From: an uncultured Eubacteriales bacterium
GTDB lineage: Bacteria; Bacillota; Clostridia; Oscillospirales; Oscillospiraceae
Length of the DNA: 64,000 nucleotides
Assembly (NCBI GenBank): GCA_900317855.1
Contig: ONIG01000006.1
Location: 3,918 to 67,917, forward strand
Direction of reading: 5' to 3'
The position numbers and the translations under genes were made by a program. The notes under the pieces are model-generated. The model did not search any database and had not been told where the DNA came from. It worked only from the letters and a program-made list of their open reading frames with translations. Below, in pieces: positions 16,628 to 25,679 of this stretch (within the stretch, counting starts at the first letter, position 1; every line of letters begins with the position of its first letter).

Positions 16628-18301
16628 TCAAAACAGGCCGGTGATGCGACCGTCGTCATCGACGTCGATGTTTTCGGCGGCCGGGACTCTCGGCAGGCCG
16701 GGCATCGTGAGTACGTCGCCCGTGAGCGCGACGAGAAAGCCCGCCCCGGCGGACACGGTCACGCTGCGCACGGTCACGGTGAAGCCCTCGGGCGCGCCGA
16801 GCAGCGCCGGGTCGTCCGACAGGCTCGCCTGCGTCTTGGCGATGCACACCGGCAGGCCGCCGAAGCCGAGCGCCTCCAGCTCGCGGAGCTGTTTGCGCGC
16901 GGCGGGCAGGATCTCCGCGTCCGCTCCGCCGTAGACCCGGCGCACGACGGCACCGATCTTTTCCTCGACCGGCGCGTCGAGCTCATAGGCAAAGCGGAAG
17001 TGGTTATCACATTCGCACAGGCGCACGACCTCGCGCGCGAGCGCCTCGCCGCCGCGGCCGCCGTCGGCCCAGACGGTGGACAGCACGACGCGGACACCCA
17101 GCTGCCCGCACAGCTCCGTCAGCAGTGCGATTTCGCGGTCGGTGTCGGTGGGGAAGCGATTGATGGCCACGACGCACGGCAGACCGAACGTGTCGCGGAT
17201 GCAGCGCACGTGGTGCAGCAGGTTCGGCACGCCGCGGCGCAGTGCGTCGAGGTTCTCCGTGCCGAGTTCGTTCAGCGCCAGACCGCCGTGCATTTTCAGC
17301 GCGCGCACCGTCGCCACCACGACGGCGGCGTCCGGCCGCAGCCCGGCGAGCCGGCACTTGATGTCCAGAAACTTCTCCGCGCCGAGGTCGGCGCCGAAGC
17401 CGGCCTCCGTCACGGCGTAGTCGCAGCGGTGCATGGCCATGCGTGTGGCGAGCACGCTGTTGCACCCGTGCGCGATGTTGGCAAACGGCCCGCCGTGTAC
17501 GAACGCCGGCGTGCCCTCGAGCGTCTGCACGAGGTTGGGCTTGAGCGCGTCGCGCAGCAGCGCCGCCATCGCGCCCACGGCCTTGAGGTCGCGCGCCGTG
17601 ACGGGCCGGCCGTCATACGTGTAGCCCACGATGATGCGGCCCAGCCGCGCCTTCAGATCGGCCATGGACTCGGCCAGGCAGAGCACCGCCATGATCTCGC
17701 TGGCGACCGTGATGTCGAACCCGTCCTCACGCGGCACGCCGTTGGCCCTGCCGCCGAGCCCGTCGACGATGCAGCGCAGCTGCCGGTCGTTCATGTCCAC
17801 ACAGCGCCGCCACGTGATGCGCCGCGGGTCGATGCCGAGGGCGTTGCCCTGCTGGACATGGTTGTCGAGCATGGCGGCGAGCAGGTTGTTCGCCGCGCCG
17901 ATGGCGTGAAAGTCGCCGGTGAAGTGCAGGTCGATGTCCTCCATCGGCACGACCTGCGCATAGCCGCCGCCGGTCGCGCCGCCCTTGCGCCCGAACACCG
18001 GGCCGAGCGACGGCTCGCGCAGCGCGACGGCCGCGTCCTTCCCGATGCGGCGCAGCGCGTCGGCCAGGCCGATGGTCGTGGTCGTCTTGCCCTCGCCGGC
18101 GGGCGTGGGCGTGATGGCCGTGACGAGAACCAACTTTCCCTTTCCGCGCGGCGGCTGCCCGAGTACGGACAGCGCCACCTTCGCCTTATAGCGGCCATAC
18201 GGCTCTATATCAGCATCGTCGATGCCGACGGTGCGTGCAATGTCACAGATCGGCTGCATCGTGCAGCTCTGGGCGATCTCCAGATCGCTTCGATATTCCA
18301 T
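16628..18301 (-). CDS. fhs: Formate--tetrahydrofolate ligase
   Basis: Start [11 protein letters not shown] at 18301 after GAAGGAGG. Hallmark [17 protein letters not shown]-loop. About 557 aa with full-length FTHFS similarity. Confidence 0.95.
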   Translation of the reverse strand: MEYRSDLEIAQSCTMQPICDIARTVGIDDADIEPYGRYKAKVALSVLGQPPRGKGKLVLVTAITPTPAGEGKTTTTIGLADALRRIGKDAAVALREPSLGPVFGRKGGATGGGYAQVVPMEDIDLHFTGDFHAIGAANNLLAAMLDNHVQQGNALGIDPRRITWRRCVDMNDRQLRCIVDGLGGRANGVPREDGFDITVASEIMAVLCLAESMADLKARLGRIIVGYTYDGRPVTARDLKAVGAMAALLRDALKPNLVQTLEGTPAFVHGGPFANIAHGCNSVLATRMAMHRCDYAVTEAGFGADLGAEKFLDIKCRLAGLRPDAAVVVATVRALKMHGGLALNELGTENLDALRRGVPNLLHHVRCIRDTFGLPCVVAINRFPTDTDREIALLTELCGQLGVRVVLSTVWADGGRGGEALAREVVRLCECDNHFRFAYELDAPVEEKIGAVVRRVYGGADAEILPAARKQLRELEALGFGGLPVCIAKTQASLSDDPALLGAPEGFTVTVRSVTVSAGAGFLVALTGDVLTMPGLPRVPAAENIDVDDDGRITGLF

Positions 18302-18332
18302 GAAACCCCTCCTTCGGATGCGTGTATCTTTT

Positions 18333-18361
18333 ATCATACCTGACGGCGGCGGGTTTGTAAA
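18333..18361 (-). promoter_or_regulatory. Sigma-A-type promoter of fhs
   Basis: On the minus strand: TTTACA, 17 nt, TATGAT, about 25 nt upstream of the start. Confidence 0.5.
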
Positions 18362-18363
18362 GC

Positions 18364-18392
18364 TTGACGCGGGGTGGATTTTCCGCTATCAT
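18364..18392 (+). promoter_or_regulatory. Sigma-A-type promoter of the dus-like gene
   Basis: TTGACG, 17 nt, TATCAT. Back-to-back with the fhs promoter. Confidence 0.5.
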
Positions 18393-18416
18393 GGGCCGGA
18401 TAATGAGGTGATGACC

Positions 18417-19373
18417 ATGCAGTATCTCTGCGCGCCGATGGAGGGCGTGACCGGCGACCTGTTCCGGCAGGCGCAGCGGCAGACATTCCCCGCGGCGGAC
18501 AGCTACTATACGCCGTTTCTCTCGCCGACGGCGAACCGCACGTTTTCTCCGCGCGAGCTGCGCGAGATCGAGCCTGCGCACAACGCGGGCATCCACGTCG
18601 TGCCGCAGCTCATGGGCCACTGCGCCGAGGATTTTCTCTGGATGGCGGGGCGGCTTGCCGACATGGGCTACGACGAGGTGAATTTCAACCTCGGCTGCCC
18701 GTCCAACACCGTTACGGCGAAGAAAAAGGGCGCGGGTCTGCTCACGGAGCCGGATCTGCTGCGGCGGTTTTTCGACGCCGTGTTTGCGGCCTGCCCGCTG
18801 CCGGTATCGGTCAAGACGCGGCTCGGCAAGGCAACGGCGGAGACATTTCCCGCGCTGCTGGAGCTGTATAATGACTACCCGATCCGCGAGCTGATCGTGC
18901 ACCCGCGCGTGCAGGCCGACCAGTATCACGGGCACCCGGATCTCGACATGTTCGCCTACGCGCTCGCGCACAGCCGCGCCCCGGTGTGCTACAACGGCGA
19001 CCTGTTCGATGCCCCGGCCGTGCGCGCGTTTCAGGCGCGGTTCCCGACGGTGGAGCGCATCATGCTCGGCCGCGGGCTGGCCGCCAACCCCGGTCTCATC
19101 GGTCAGCTGCGCACCGGCACCGTGCCGACGGCGGCGCAGTTTCAGGCGTTTCATGACCGGCTCTATGCTGAAACGCGCGCGCGCATCCCCGACCGGCGCG
19201 CGCTGCTGTTTCGCATGAAGGAGGCGTGGCGCTATCTTGGCTGCAGCTTTGCGGACGCGGAGCGGCCGCTGCGCCGCATCCGCAAGGCGCAGGACCTTGC
19301 CGAGTATGAGAGCGCGGTGCGCCAGCTTTTCGCGTCCTGCCCGGTGCGGGAGGATGCGGGCTATTTTGTCTGA
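18417..19373 (+). CDS. tRNA-dihydrouridine synthase family protein
   Basis: LCAPMEGVTG N-terminus and NFNLGCPS active-site region. Start is ATG 18417 (GAGGTG 8 nt upstream); ATG 18411 is the alternative. Confidence 0.8.
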   Translation: MQYLCAPMEGVTGDLFRQAQRQTFPAADSYYTPFLSPTANRTFSPRELREIEPAHNAGIHVVPQLMGHCAEDFLWMAGRLADMGYDEVNFNLGCPSNTVTAKKKGAGLLTEPDLLRRFFDAVFAACPLPVSVKTRLGKATAETFPALLELYNDYPIRELIVHPRVQADQYHGHPDLDMFAYALAHSRAPVCYNGDLFDAPAVRAFQARFPTVERIMLGRGLAANPGLIGQLRTGTVPTAAQFQAFHDRLYAETRARIPDRRALLFRMKEAWRYLGCSFADAERPLRRIRKAQDLAEYESAVRQLFASCPVREDAGYFV

Positions 19374-19375
19374 CG

Positions 19376-19421
19376 GCCGAAAAAAACACCCCCTCCGCAG
19401 GAATACGACCTGCGGAGGGGG
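19376..19421 (-). terminator. Intrinsic terminator between convergent genes, best on the minus strand
   Basis: 13-bp stem CCCCCTCCGCAGG/CCTGCGGAGGGGG. The A7 run on the plus side gives a U-run for the minus transcript. Confidence 0.7.
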
Positions 19422-19456
19422 TTCACTTATGGAAGTCCGTGGTATACCGGCGCGCT

Positions 19457-20269
19457 TCAGGGCATCGGGCAGCCGAGGGGCGTGATGTTGTCCGGCGTGA
19501 TGTACTTCGTGGGCAGGGTGATCTCCGTTGCACCGTTGAGGTACGACTGCCGCCAGGCTTCGTATTCCCGTCCGTCCACTCTCTGCGCGTTGGCCTCGTC
19601 ACCGAAGGTGGGGATCTCTTCGCCGGAGTAGAGGAAGTAGATGAGACCGTCCCCGTCCTGATCCAGATCGTCGGGGAAGGGTTCACCGCCGCCGTAATAT
19701 GTGCTCATATAACTCTTGTCCCAGCCGTCCACGGCGCCGAAGTGACGGTAGCTGTCGGTCTTGGCGTCATAGGTGTATACGTTGTACGGCCAGATGCGGC
19801 CGCCCAGGCCCTGATTGTGCGACCAGCTTGCTTCCACGGCGCCGTTGCTGTAAAAGCGCGTGTCAACAAATTCGGACAGCTCTTCATGGAGCTTTCCGTT
19901 GTCGTAGCCGTAAATGAGGCACATCTTGCTGGCCATCGCAGCGTGCGCGCTCCACTGAACGATCAGCTCCTCGCGGCCGTCGTGATCCACATCATAGATA
20001 GCGAAGGTGTTTTCTTCCGCCTGCTGTGTGCTGCTATAGTCCAGCTTGGAGTTGTCCGGGAGGATGCCGTAGAGGTAAATGTCCCACAGCGCGGCGCCGT
20101 ATGCCTTGTTCTGCGCCGCCGTGTCGGCGGCCGCTGCGTTGTCGGTGCTTGTCACTTTGTCCACGGTTTTTCCCTCGGATTTTCCGGTGTCGGAGGCGGC
20201 TTGGCCGCACCCGGCGAGTCCTGCCAGCATGGCAATGCACAGAAGCAGGCAGCTTAGTTTTCTCCACAT
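19457..20269 (-). CDS. Hypothetical lipoprotein
   Basis: Lipobox MLAGLAG-C after a signal peptide. AAGGGAGA RBS. D.D.DG..ELIV-type motifs (DVDHDGREELIV, DLDQDGDGLIYF). No family recognised. Confidence 0.65.
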   Translation of the reverse strand: MWRKLSCLLLCIAMLAGLAGCGQAASDTGKSEGKTVDKVTSTDNAAAADTAAQNKAYGAALWDIYLYGILPDNSKLDYSSTQQAEENTFAIYDVDHDGREELIVQWSAHAAMASKMCLIYGYDNGKLHEELSEFVDTRFYSNGAVEASWSHNQGLGGRIWPYNVYTYDAKTDSYRHFGAVDGWDKSYMSTYYGGGEPFPDDLDQDGDGLIYFLYSGEEIPTFGDEANAQRVDGREYEAWRQSYLNGATEITLPTKYITPDNITPLGCPMP

Positions 20270-20355
20270 ATCGTGTTTTCTCCCTTCCCAAAGATGTTGT
20301 CCGAAACAGATCTATGGTTTGAGTGTAACCGGAAACAGGGGAATTGTCAATCCTT

Positions 20356-20405
20356 GTATAAGAAACAGCCCCGCGGCGGGAATGTAGTTCCGCTGCGGGG
20401 CTGTT
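20356..20405 (-). terminator. Intrinsic terminator after the DUF975 gene
   Basis: 16-bp stem (AACAGCCCCGCGGCGG/CCGCTGCGGGGCTGTT, one G-U pair). The minus RNA is followed by UUCUUAUA. Confidence 0.6.
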
Positions 20406-20418
20406 TTTGCACTCGTGT

Positions 20419-21162
20419 TCAGTTCTGGCTGTACCAGTCGCCGCCCGGCTGCGGGCCGGGGTTCGGCTGCCAGCCGTTGGGGGTCTGGCCTCCCATGCTG
20501 CGCGGTAGACTGCGGTAGAACGCGGCGCGCGACACGGTCATATACGGCATGAGCCAGAGATTGCCGATGCCGGCGGTCAGTATGGCCAGCAGCCCCCAGC
20601 CGATGAAGCTCAGGTCGAGGCAGAACAGATCGCCCTTGCGCCCGTCCATGAGCGCCTTGGAGCGCTCGATGGCGTCCGTGGCCTGCATGTTCGGATTTTC
20701 GGCCAGGATGTACGTCGCCATGGAGTAGCGGTAGGCGGCGATGATGCCGGGGATGACAAACAGCAGCGACCATGCGATGACCTTGAGCGTGATGAGCAGA
20801 TTGAGCACGAAGGCGTTGCCGAAGATGTCAAAGCCGGAAAACAGATCCTCAAACCGGGCCTCCTCGCCGTCGACCAGCTTCAGGCAGAAGCGGTTGTGGC
20901 CGATGGAGACGCTGCCGCCAATGACGAACTGCGCCAGTGAGACGATCCCGGAGACGGGGAGAAACACGCGCAGCGCGTGGCGCAGGGCCTCAGGATAATA
21001 CTGCGTCAGGTCGTCCCCGTTGACCGTGAGGCTGAACGACGGGGTGAAGCCGCTGCTCGTCCCGCCGAGGATGCTTGCCAGCAGCGTCACGCCGACGGCG
21101 AGCCACCAGTAATTTTTCAGCGCGCGGCGCGCCATGCTGCGATAATCGGATGCGGAATACAT
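20419..21162 (-). CDS. DUF975-family integral membrane protein
   Basis: N-terminal YRSMARRALKNYWW motif plus 4-5 TM helices typical of DUF975. Pro/Gly/Gln-rich C-terminus. Confidence 0.7.
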   Translation of the reverse strand: MYSASDYRSMARRALKNYWWLAVGVTLLASILGGTSSGFTPSFSLTVNGDDLTQYYPEALRHALRVFLPVSGIVSLAQFVIGGSVSIGHNRFCLKLVDGEEARFEDLFSGFDIFGNAFVLNLLITLKVIAWSLLFVIPGIIAAYRYSMATYILAENPNMQATDAIERSKALMDGRKGDLFCLDLSFIGWGLLAILTAGIGNLWLMPYMTVSRAAFYRSLPRSMGGQTPNGWQPNPGPQPGGDWYSQN

Positions 21163-21189
21163 AGGCGTTCTCCTTTCTTCTGTCTGCCC

Positions 21190-21750
21190 TCACCAGGGCG
21201 TGCGTTTCTGCCCGTGCACGAGGTAGGCGCGCTCGGCCAGCTCCGCGAGTGGGCTGTCGCTGCGGGAGTCGGAGTAAAACTCCGCAATTTCTACGTCGGG
21301 GTAGGTCTCGTGCAGGCGGCGGACCTTTTCCGTGCCGTGGCAGTTTTCCCCTTCGGTCCTGCCGGTGTGCTTGTCCACGCGCGAGGCCAGCAGCCGCACA
21401 CCCAGCTTCTGCGCCGGGATACGCACGAGAAACTCCGGCGATGCGGAGATGATGATGTCGTCCGGGCGTTTCTGCGCGAGGTACCACAGGTTCACGCGGT
21501 CGAAATTCTTCGCCCAGAACGCCTCCAGTTCCGCGTCCACATCGGGCACGCGGCGCAGAAAGCCGTACATCCGCTCCTTGAAGGCGGTCTTGCTCACCTT
21601 ACCGAGCAGGTAGCCCGGCAGCAGGACAAGCGCGCGCAGCAGCGGCCAGATTACACCGGGGTGCCGCCGCAGGCACCAGCGCACGAACGCCACCGTGCTG
21701 TCCACGGGGAAGATGGTCTTGTCCCAGTCGTATACGTTGACTTTTTCCAT
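21190..21750 (-). CDS. HAD-superfamily hydrolase (HAD-IB-like)
   Basis: Start MEKVNVYDWDKTIF at 21750 carries the DxDxT motif. GAGAGGTG RBS. Confidence 0.7.
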   Translation of the reverse strand: MEKVNVYDWDKTIFPVDSTVAFVRWCLRRHPGVIWPLLRALVLLPGYLLGKVSKTAFKERMYGFLRRVPDVDAELEAFWAKNFDRVNLWYLAQKRPDDIIISASPEFLVRIPAQKLGVRLLASRVDKHTGRTEGENCHGTEKVRRLHETYPDVEIAEFYSDSRSDSPLAELAERAYLVHGQKRTPW

Positions 21751-21760
21751 AGGGCACCTC

Positions 21761-22492
21761 TCAGTACAGGGTGCCGGCCAGCTGCATGTACGCGGCGGCA
21801 AAGGCCTCCCGGATGAAGTAATTGATGCGCATGGACGGCAGAGTGGTCTCGGCGGCGATCCCGACGGGCTCCGCCCCCAGCGCCCGCGCCATGCGTTTGG
21901 CGCGGTAGAGGTGGTATTCGCTCGTCACGATGCCGACACCGTCCGCCGGGTCGTACCCCCGCGCGCGGAGGATGGCGAACGAGTTTTCCAGATTATCACG
22001 CGTGGTGCGCGACTGATCTTCCTGCACGATGCGCGTACTGCTGATGCCGTGCGCCGTCAGATAGTCGGCCATGGCCCGGGCCTCCGTGATGTCCTCACCC
22101 TCGCCCTGACCGCCGGAGACGACGGCCAGCGCGTCCGGGTTCGCATTGAGATAGTTCAGCGCAGCGTCGAGCCGGTTGCACATCGACAGCGACGGTGTGC
22201 TGCCGTTGACGCCCGCGCCGAGCACGATGATCGCGTTCGGGTGCGCGCCCGTGTCCGTGTGCGCGTCGCGCACGACGGGGATCTCAAAGACCGCGAACAC
22301 GATCAGCCCCGCGCACACGAGCACACCCAGCACGATGCGCCCCACGCGGTGCAGCCGCGCCAACAGAAACACCAGCACGGCGATGCCCCAGAGCATGTAG
22401 CCCAGAAAGTCGTGCCCCGGCATCGCAAAGCGCAGCACGCAACCCGCGATGACGAGCACGATGGCGAGAATCGAGGATGCTTTGTGTTTCAT
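21761..22492 (-). CDS. YdcF/ElyC-family (DUF218) protein
   Basis: Two N-terminal TM helices plus the DUF218 core IIVLGAGVNG...VVSGGQG..E...EA.AMADYL. Its ATG overlaps the ABC-F stop (ATGA). Confidence 0.8.
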   Translation of the reverse strand: MKHKASSILAIVLVIAGCVLRFAMPGHDFLGYMLWGIAVLVFLLARLHRVGRIVLGVLVCAGLIVFAVFEIPVVRDAHTDTGAHPNAIIVLGAGVNGSTPSLSMCNRLDAALNYLNANPDALAVVSGGQGEGEDITEARAMADYLTAHGISSTRIVQEDQSRTTRDNLENSFAILRARGYDPADGVGIVTSEYHLYRAKRMARALGAEPVGIAAETTLPSMRINYFIREAFAAAYMQLAGTLY

Positions 22493-24360
22493 TCGCACAG
22501 CGCCTCCCACGCCTCGTAGAGCGCCTCGAGCTGCGCATTGAGCGCCTGCTTCTGCGCGTCGAGTTCCATGAGCTTCTGATAGTCCGCTGCGTTGGCCTCG
22601 CTCTCGGCGTCGAGCGCCGCGAGCTGCCCCTCCAGCTTTTCAATCTCGCGCTCCGTGCGCTCGCGTTGGCGCGTGGTGTTCGGGGCGCGTTTCGGCTTCG
22701 GCTTCGGCTCCTTTTTGCGTTCGACGGCCTTGGCCGTCTGCTGCAGGGCGGTCTGGCGCGCGCGGTATTCACGGAATTGCGCATACGTCCCGCGGTAGTC
22801 CGTGATCGTGCCGTTTTCGAGCAGCCAGATGCGGGTGGCGAATTTCTCGATGAAGTACCGGTCGTGCGACACGAACAGCAGCGCCTGCGTATAGTCGCTC
22901 AGCGCGTCCTCAATCCACTCGCGGCTGGCGATGTCGAGGTGGTTCGTCGGCTCGTCGAGGATGAGGAAGTTGATCTCCCGGCGCATGAGCATGCACAGCC
23001 GCAGCCGGGACAGCTCGCCGCCCGAGAGCGCCGACACGGGCTTGAGCACATCCTCGCCGCAAAATCCGTAGGCGCCGAGCTGGTCGCGCGCCTCCTGCGG
23101 CGTGCACTTGCACTCGTAGAGCATCGTGTCGAGCATGGAGCGCTCCGGCACGGCGAAGCGGACGATCTGCGGCAGGTAGGCCGTGCGCACGGACGGTCCG
23201 CGCTGCACCCAGCCGGTGTCCGGCGTCTCCTCGTTCATGACGAGCCTTAAAAACGTCGTCTTGCCGGCGCCATTGTCGCCGATGAGGGCGATGCGCTCGC
23301 CGCCGGTCACGGTCAGGTCCAGGTCGTGAAAGAGCGTCCGCTCGCCGTAGCGCTTGCTCAGACCCGCCATGGTCAGCACGTCGTCGCCGCGAAATTCCTG
23401 CGCGGTGAAGTGCACATTGAGCTTGCGCGCCTCGGTCGGCCGCTCGGTCGTTTCGAGCTTTTCCATGCGCTTTTCGATGGAAAACGCGCGCTTGTGCAGC
23501 TTGTCGTTGCCCATGAAGGCCCAGAGGTGCAGCTTTGCCGCCGCCTCCGTGAGCTGCTGGAGCTTGGCCTGATCCTTTTCGTATTTTTTGAGCTGCTCGT
23601 CAAAGCGGCGCTGCCGCTCAACGACGTAAAAGCTGTAGTTTCCGCTGTAAAACTCCGCCTGCCCGGACGTGAAGTCGATTGAGCGCTGCACGACGCGGTC
23701 GAGAAAATACCGGTCGTGGCTGATGACGAGCACCGTGCCGCGAAAATGCAGCAGGTATGCCTCCAGCCACTCGGTCGCGCGCAGGTCGAGGTGGTTCGTC
23801 GGCTCGTCGAGCAGGAGAATGTCCGTGTCCTCGAGGATGAGCCGCGCGAGGTTCACGCGCGTTTTCTCCCCGCCGGAGAGACTGTCAAACGGCTGCGCGC
23901 GCATCGCGGCCGGAATATCCAGACCGTTGGCGACGCGGTTGCGCTCGTGCTCCATGTCGTACCCGCCGAGGCGGCGGAAGTTTTCCGACAGCCGGTCGTA
24001 CTCCGAGAGCAGGGCGGGGGAGTCGTCCGTCGCCATGCGCGCGGTGAGCTCGTTCATGCGCGCCTCCATGTCGTAGAGCCGCCGGTGCGCCTCGCGCAGC
24101 ACGTCCTCCGTCGTCCAGCCGTCGGGGTAGACGGGGATCTGCGAGATCAGCCCCAGCCGCCGCCCGGAGGCGATGGACACGGTGCCGGCGTCCGGCTGCA
24201 GCTCGCCCGAGAGGATGCGGAAAAACGTCGTCTTGCCGCAGCCGTTGCGCCCGAGGATGCCCACGCGTTCACCGGCGTTGACGTCGAATGTGATACCTTT
24301 TAATATGTCGTTGCCTTGCTCAAAGCCCTTGACGAGCCCGCGGACGGATAGATCGATCAT
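22489..24360 (-). CDS. ABC-F family ATPase (Uup-like, with a C-terminal coiled-coil/Lys-rich domain)
   Basis: Two ABC cassettes (GRNGCGKTT, GDNGAGKTT; LSGGEKTR, LSGGELSR) and no TM domain. An inter-domain linker and a C-terminal coiled coil are present. Confidence 0.9.
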   Translation of the reverse strand: MIDLSVRGLVKGFEQGNDILKGITFDVNAGERVGILGRNGCGKTTFFRILSGELQPDAGTVSIASGRRLGLISQIPVYPDGWTTEDVLREAHRRLYDMEARMNELTARMATDDSPALLSEYDRLSENFRRLGGYDMEHERNRVANGLDIPAAMRAQPFDSLSGGEKTRVNLARLILEDTDILLLDEPTNHLDLRATEWLEAYLLHFRGTVLVISHDRYFLDRVVQRSIDFTSGQAEFYSGNYSFYVVERQRRFDEQLKKYEKDQAKLQQLTEAAAKLHLWAFMGNDKLHKRAFSIEKRMEKLETTERPTEARKLNVHFTAQEFRGDDVLTMAGLSKRYGERTLFHDLDLTVTGGERIALIGDNGAGKTTFLRLVMNEETPDTGWVQRGPSVRTAYLPQIVRFAVPERSMLDTMLYECKCTPQEARDQLGAYGFCGEDVLKPVSALSGGELSRLRLCMLMRREINFLILDEPTNHLDIASREWIEDALSDYTQALLFVSHDRYFIEKFATRIWLLENGTITDYRGTYAQFREYRARQTALQQTAKAVERKKEPKPKPKRAPNTTRQRERTEREIEKLEGQLAALDAESEANAADYQKLMELDAQKQALNAQLEALYEAWEALCE

Positions 24361-24374
24361 GTGTGACTCCTAAA

Positions 24375-25679
24375 TTACTTGCTCACGGCCGCCTGCAGCA
24401 CGGTGTTGGCCACGGCGCCCGCATTCGTCAGACCGCCGCCGGCGTTTTCCACCAGCACGACAAAGGCGTACGGGTGCGCATCGTCGAGCAGAAAGCCCGT
24501 GAACCAGGCGTGCGACGTGCCGTCGCCCACCTCGGCGGTGCCGGTCTTGGCACAGAGGTTCAGGCCCGGGAAGCGGTTCGTGCCGTAGTGGGCCGAGACG
24601 TTGTAGTTCATCATGTCGCGTAGCTTATTGGCGGTCGTGGCGCTGAGCAGATTCGTGTTCGAGCCGCTGGGCGTATCGAGCAGCAGCGACGGCTCCACGA
24701 CGCTGCCGCCGTTGGCGATGGCCGAGACGTAGCGCAGCATGGAGTACGGGCAGATGAGGTCCTCGTACTGGCCGATGCCCGACCAGGCGAGGTTTGCGCT
24801 GCCGGACGCGCCCTTCGTGAAGCTGCCGGCGAGCGTCGGGATGCCGCTCAGCGACTGGGAATCGAGGAAGCCGAGCTTCTTGGCGTAGCTCTCGATGGTA
24901 TCGGCCCCGAGCTCGAGCGAGATCTGCGCGAACGCGCAGTTGCAGGAGTTGGCCAGCGCGTCCTCAAACGTCTGGCTGCCGTGCACGCCCGTGCACTTGA
25001 CGCTCACGCCATTGACGTCCATACTGCCTGCGCACGTAAAGCGGCGGCTGTCGATGTCTTTGATGTTCTCGATCGCGGCGGCGGAGGTGATGAGCTTGAA
25101 GATGGAGCCCGGCGTGAATGAGCCGTTGATGCAGCGGTTGATGTACGCGCCGTCCGGCACGTCGCCGTCGCTGCTGGGGTCGATGCTCGGGCCGGAGACC
25201 ATGACCAGGATCTCGCCGGTCTTGTAGTTGCTCACGAGCACGGCACCCTTGCGCCCGGCGAGCGCCTCGTAGGCGGTCACGCACAGGCTCGAATCGAGCG
25301 TGAGCGCGACGGTGTGCCCATCGGTCGCGTAAGTGCCGGTGATGGGGTTGTAGCCCGAGAGCTGCTTGGAAAATGCCTTGAGCGCGCCGGTGCCGACATT
25401 GCCGGTGTAGTCGCCGACGGCCTGATAGCAGGCGGTGCGCACGGCAGCGTCATCGGCGTAGCTGCGCGAGCCGCCGTTGGCCGTCGCGAGCACGACGCCG
25501 CTGCGGTCGGTGAGTGTGCCGGTGCTGAGCACGCCGCTGGTGTAGACACTGCTGTTGGCGGCGAAGGTCGCCCACTCGGCGCCGTGTTCGATGTAGCGCA
25601 CGATGTACACGCCGATGCCGCCGAGCACCAGCACGGCGACGAGCAGCGCGCTCATGGCGCGGCGTTTGACTTTGTTCAT
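24375..25679 (-). CDS. Class B penicillin-binding protein (PbpA-like transpeptidase)
   Basis: Start MNKVKRR at 25679 after AAGGAGG, overlapping the RodA stop (ATGA). Motifs SIFK (SxxK), SCN (SxN) and KTGT. Confidence 0.85.
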   Translation of the reverse strand: MNKVKRRAMSALLVAVLVLGGIGVYIVRYIEHGAEWATFAANSSVYTSGVLSTGTLTDRSGVVLATANGGSRSYADDAAVRTACYQAVGDYTGNVGTGALKAFSKQLSGYNPITGTYATDGHTVALTLDSSLCVTAYEALAGRKGAVLVSNYKTGEILVMVSGPSIDPSSDGDVPDGAYINRCINGSFTPGSIFKLITSAAAIENIKDIDSRRFTCAGSMDVNGVSVKCTGVHGSQTFEDALANSCNCAFAQISLELGADTIESYAKKLGFLDSQSLSGIPTLAGSFTKGASGSANLAWSGIGQYEDLICPYSMLRYVSAIANGGSVVEPSLLLDTPSGSNTNLLSATTANKLRDMMNYNVSAHYGTNRFPGLNLCAKTGTAEVGDGTSHAWFTGFLLDDAHPYAFVVLVENAGGGLTNAGAVANTVLQAAVSK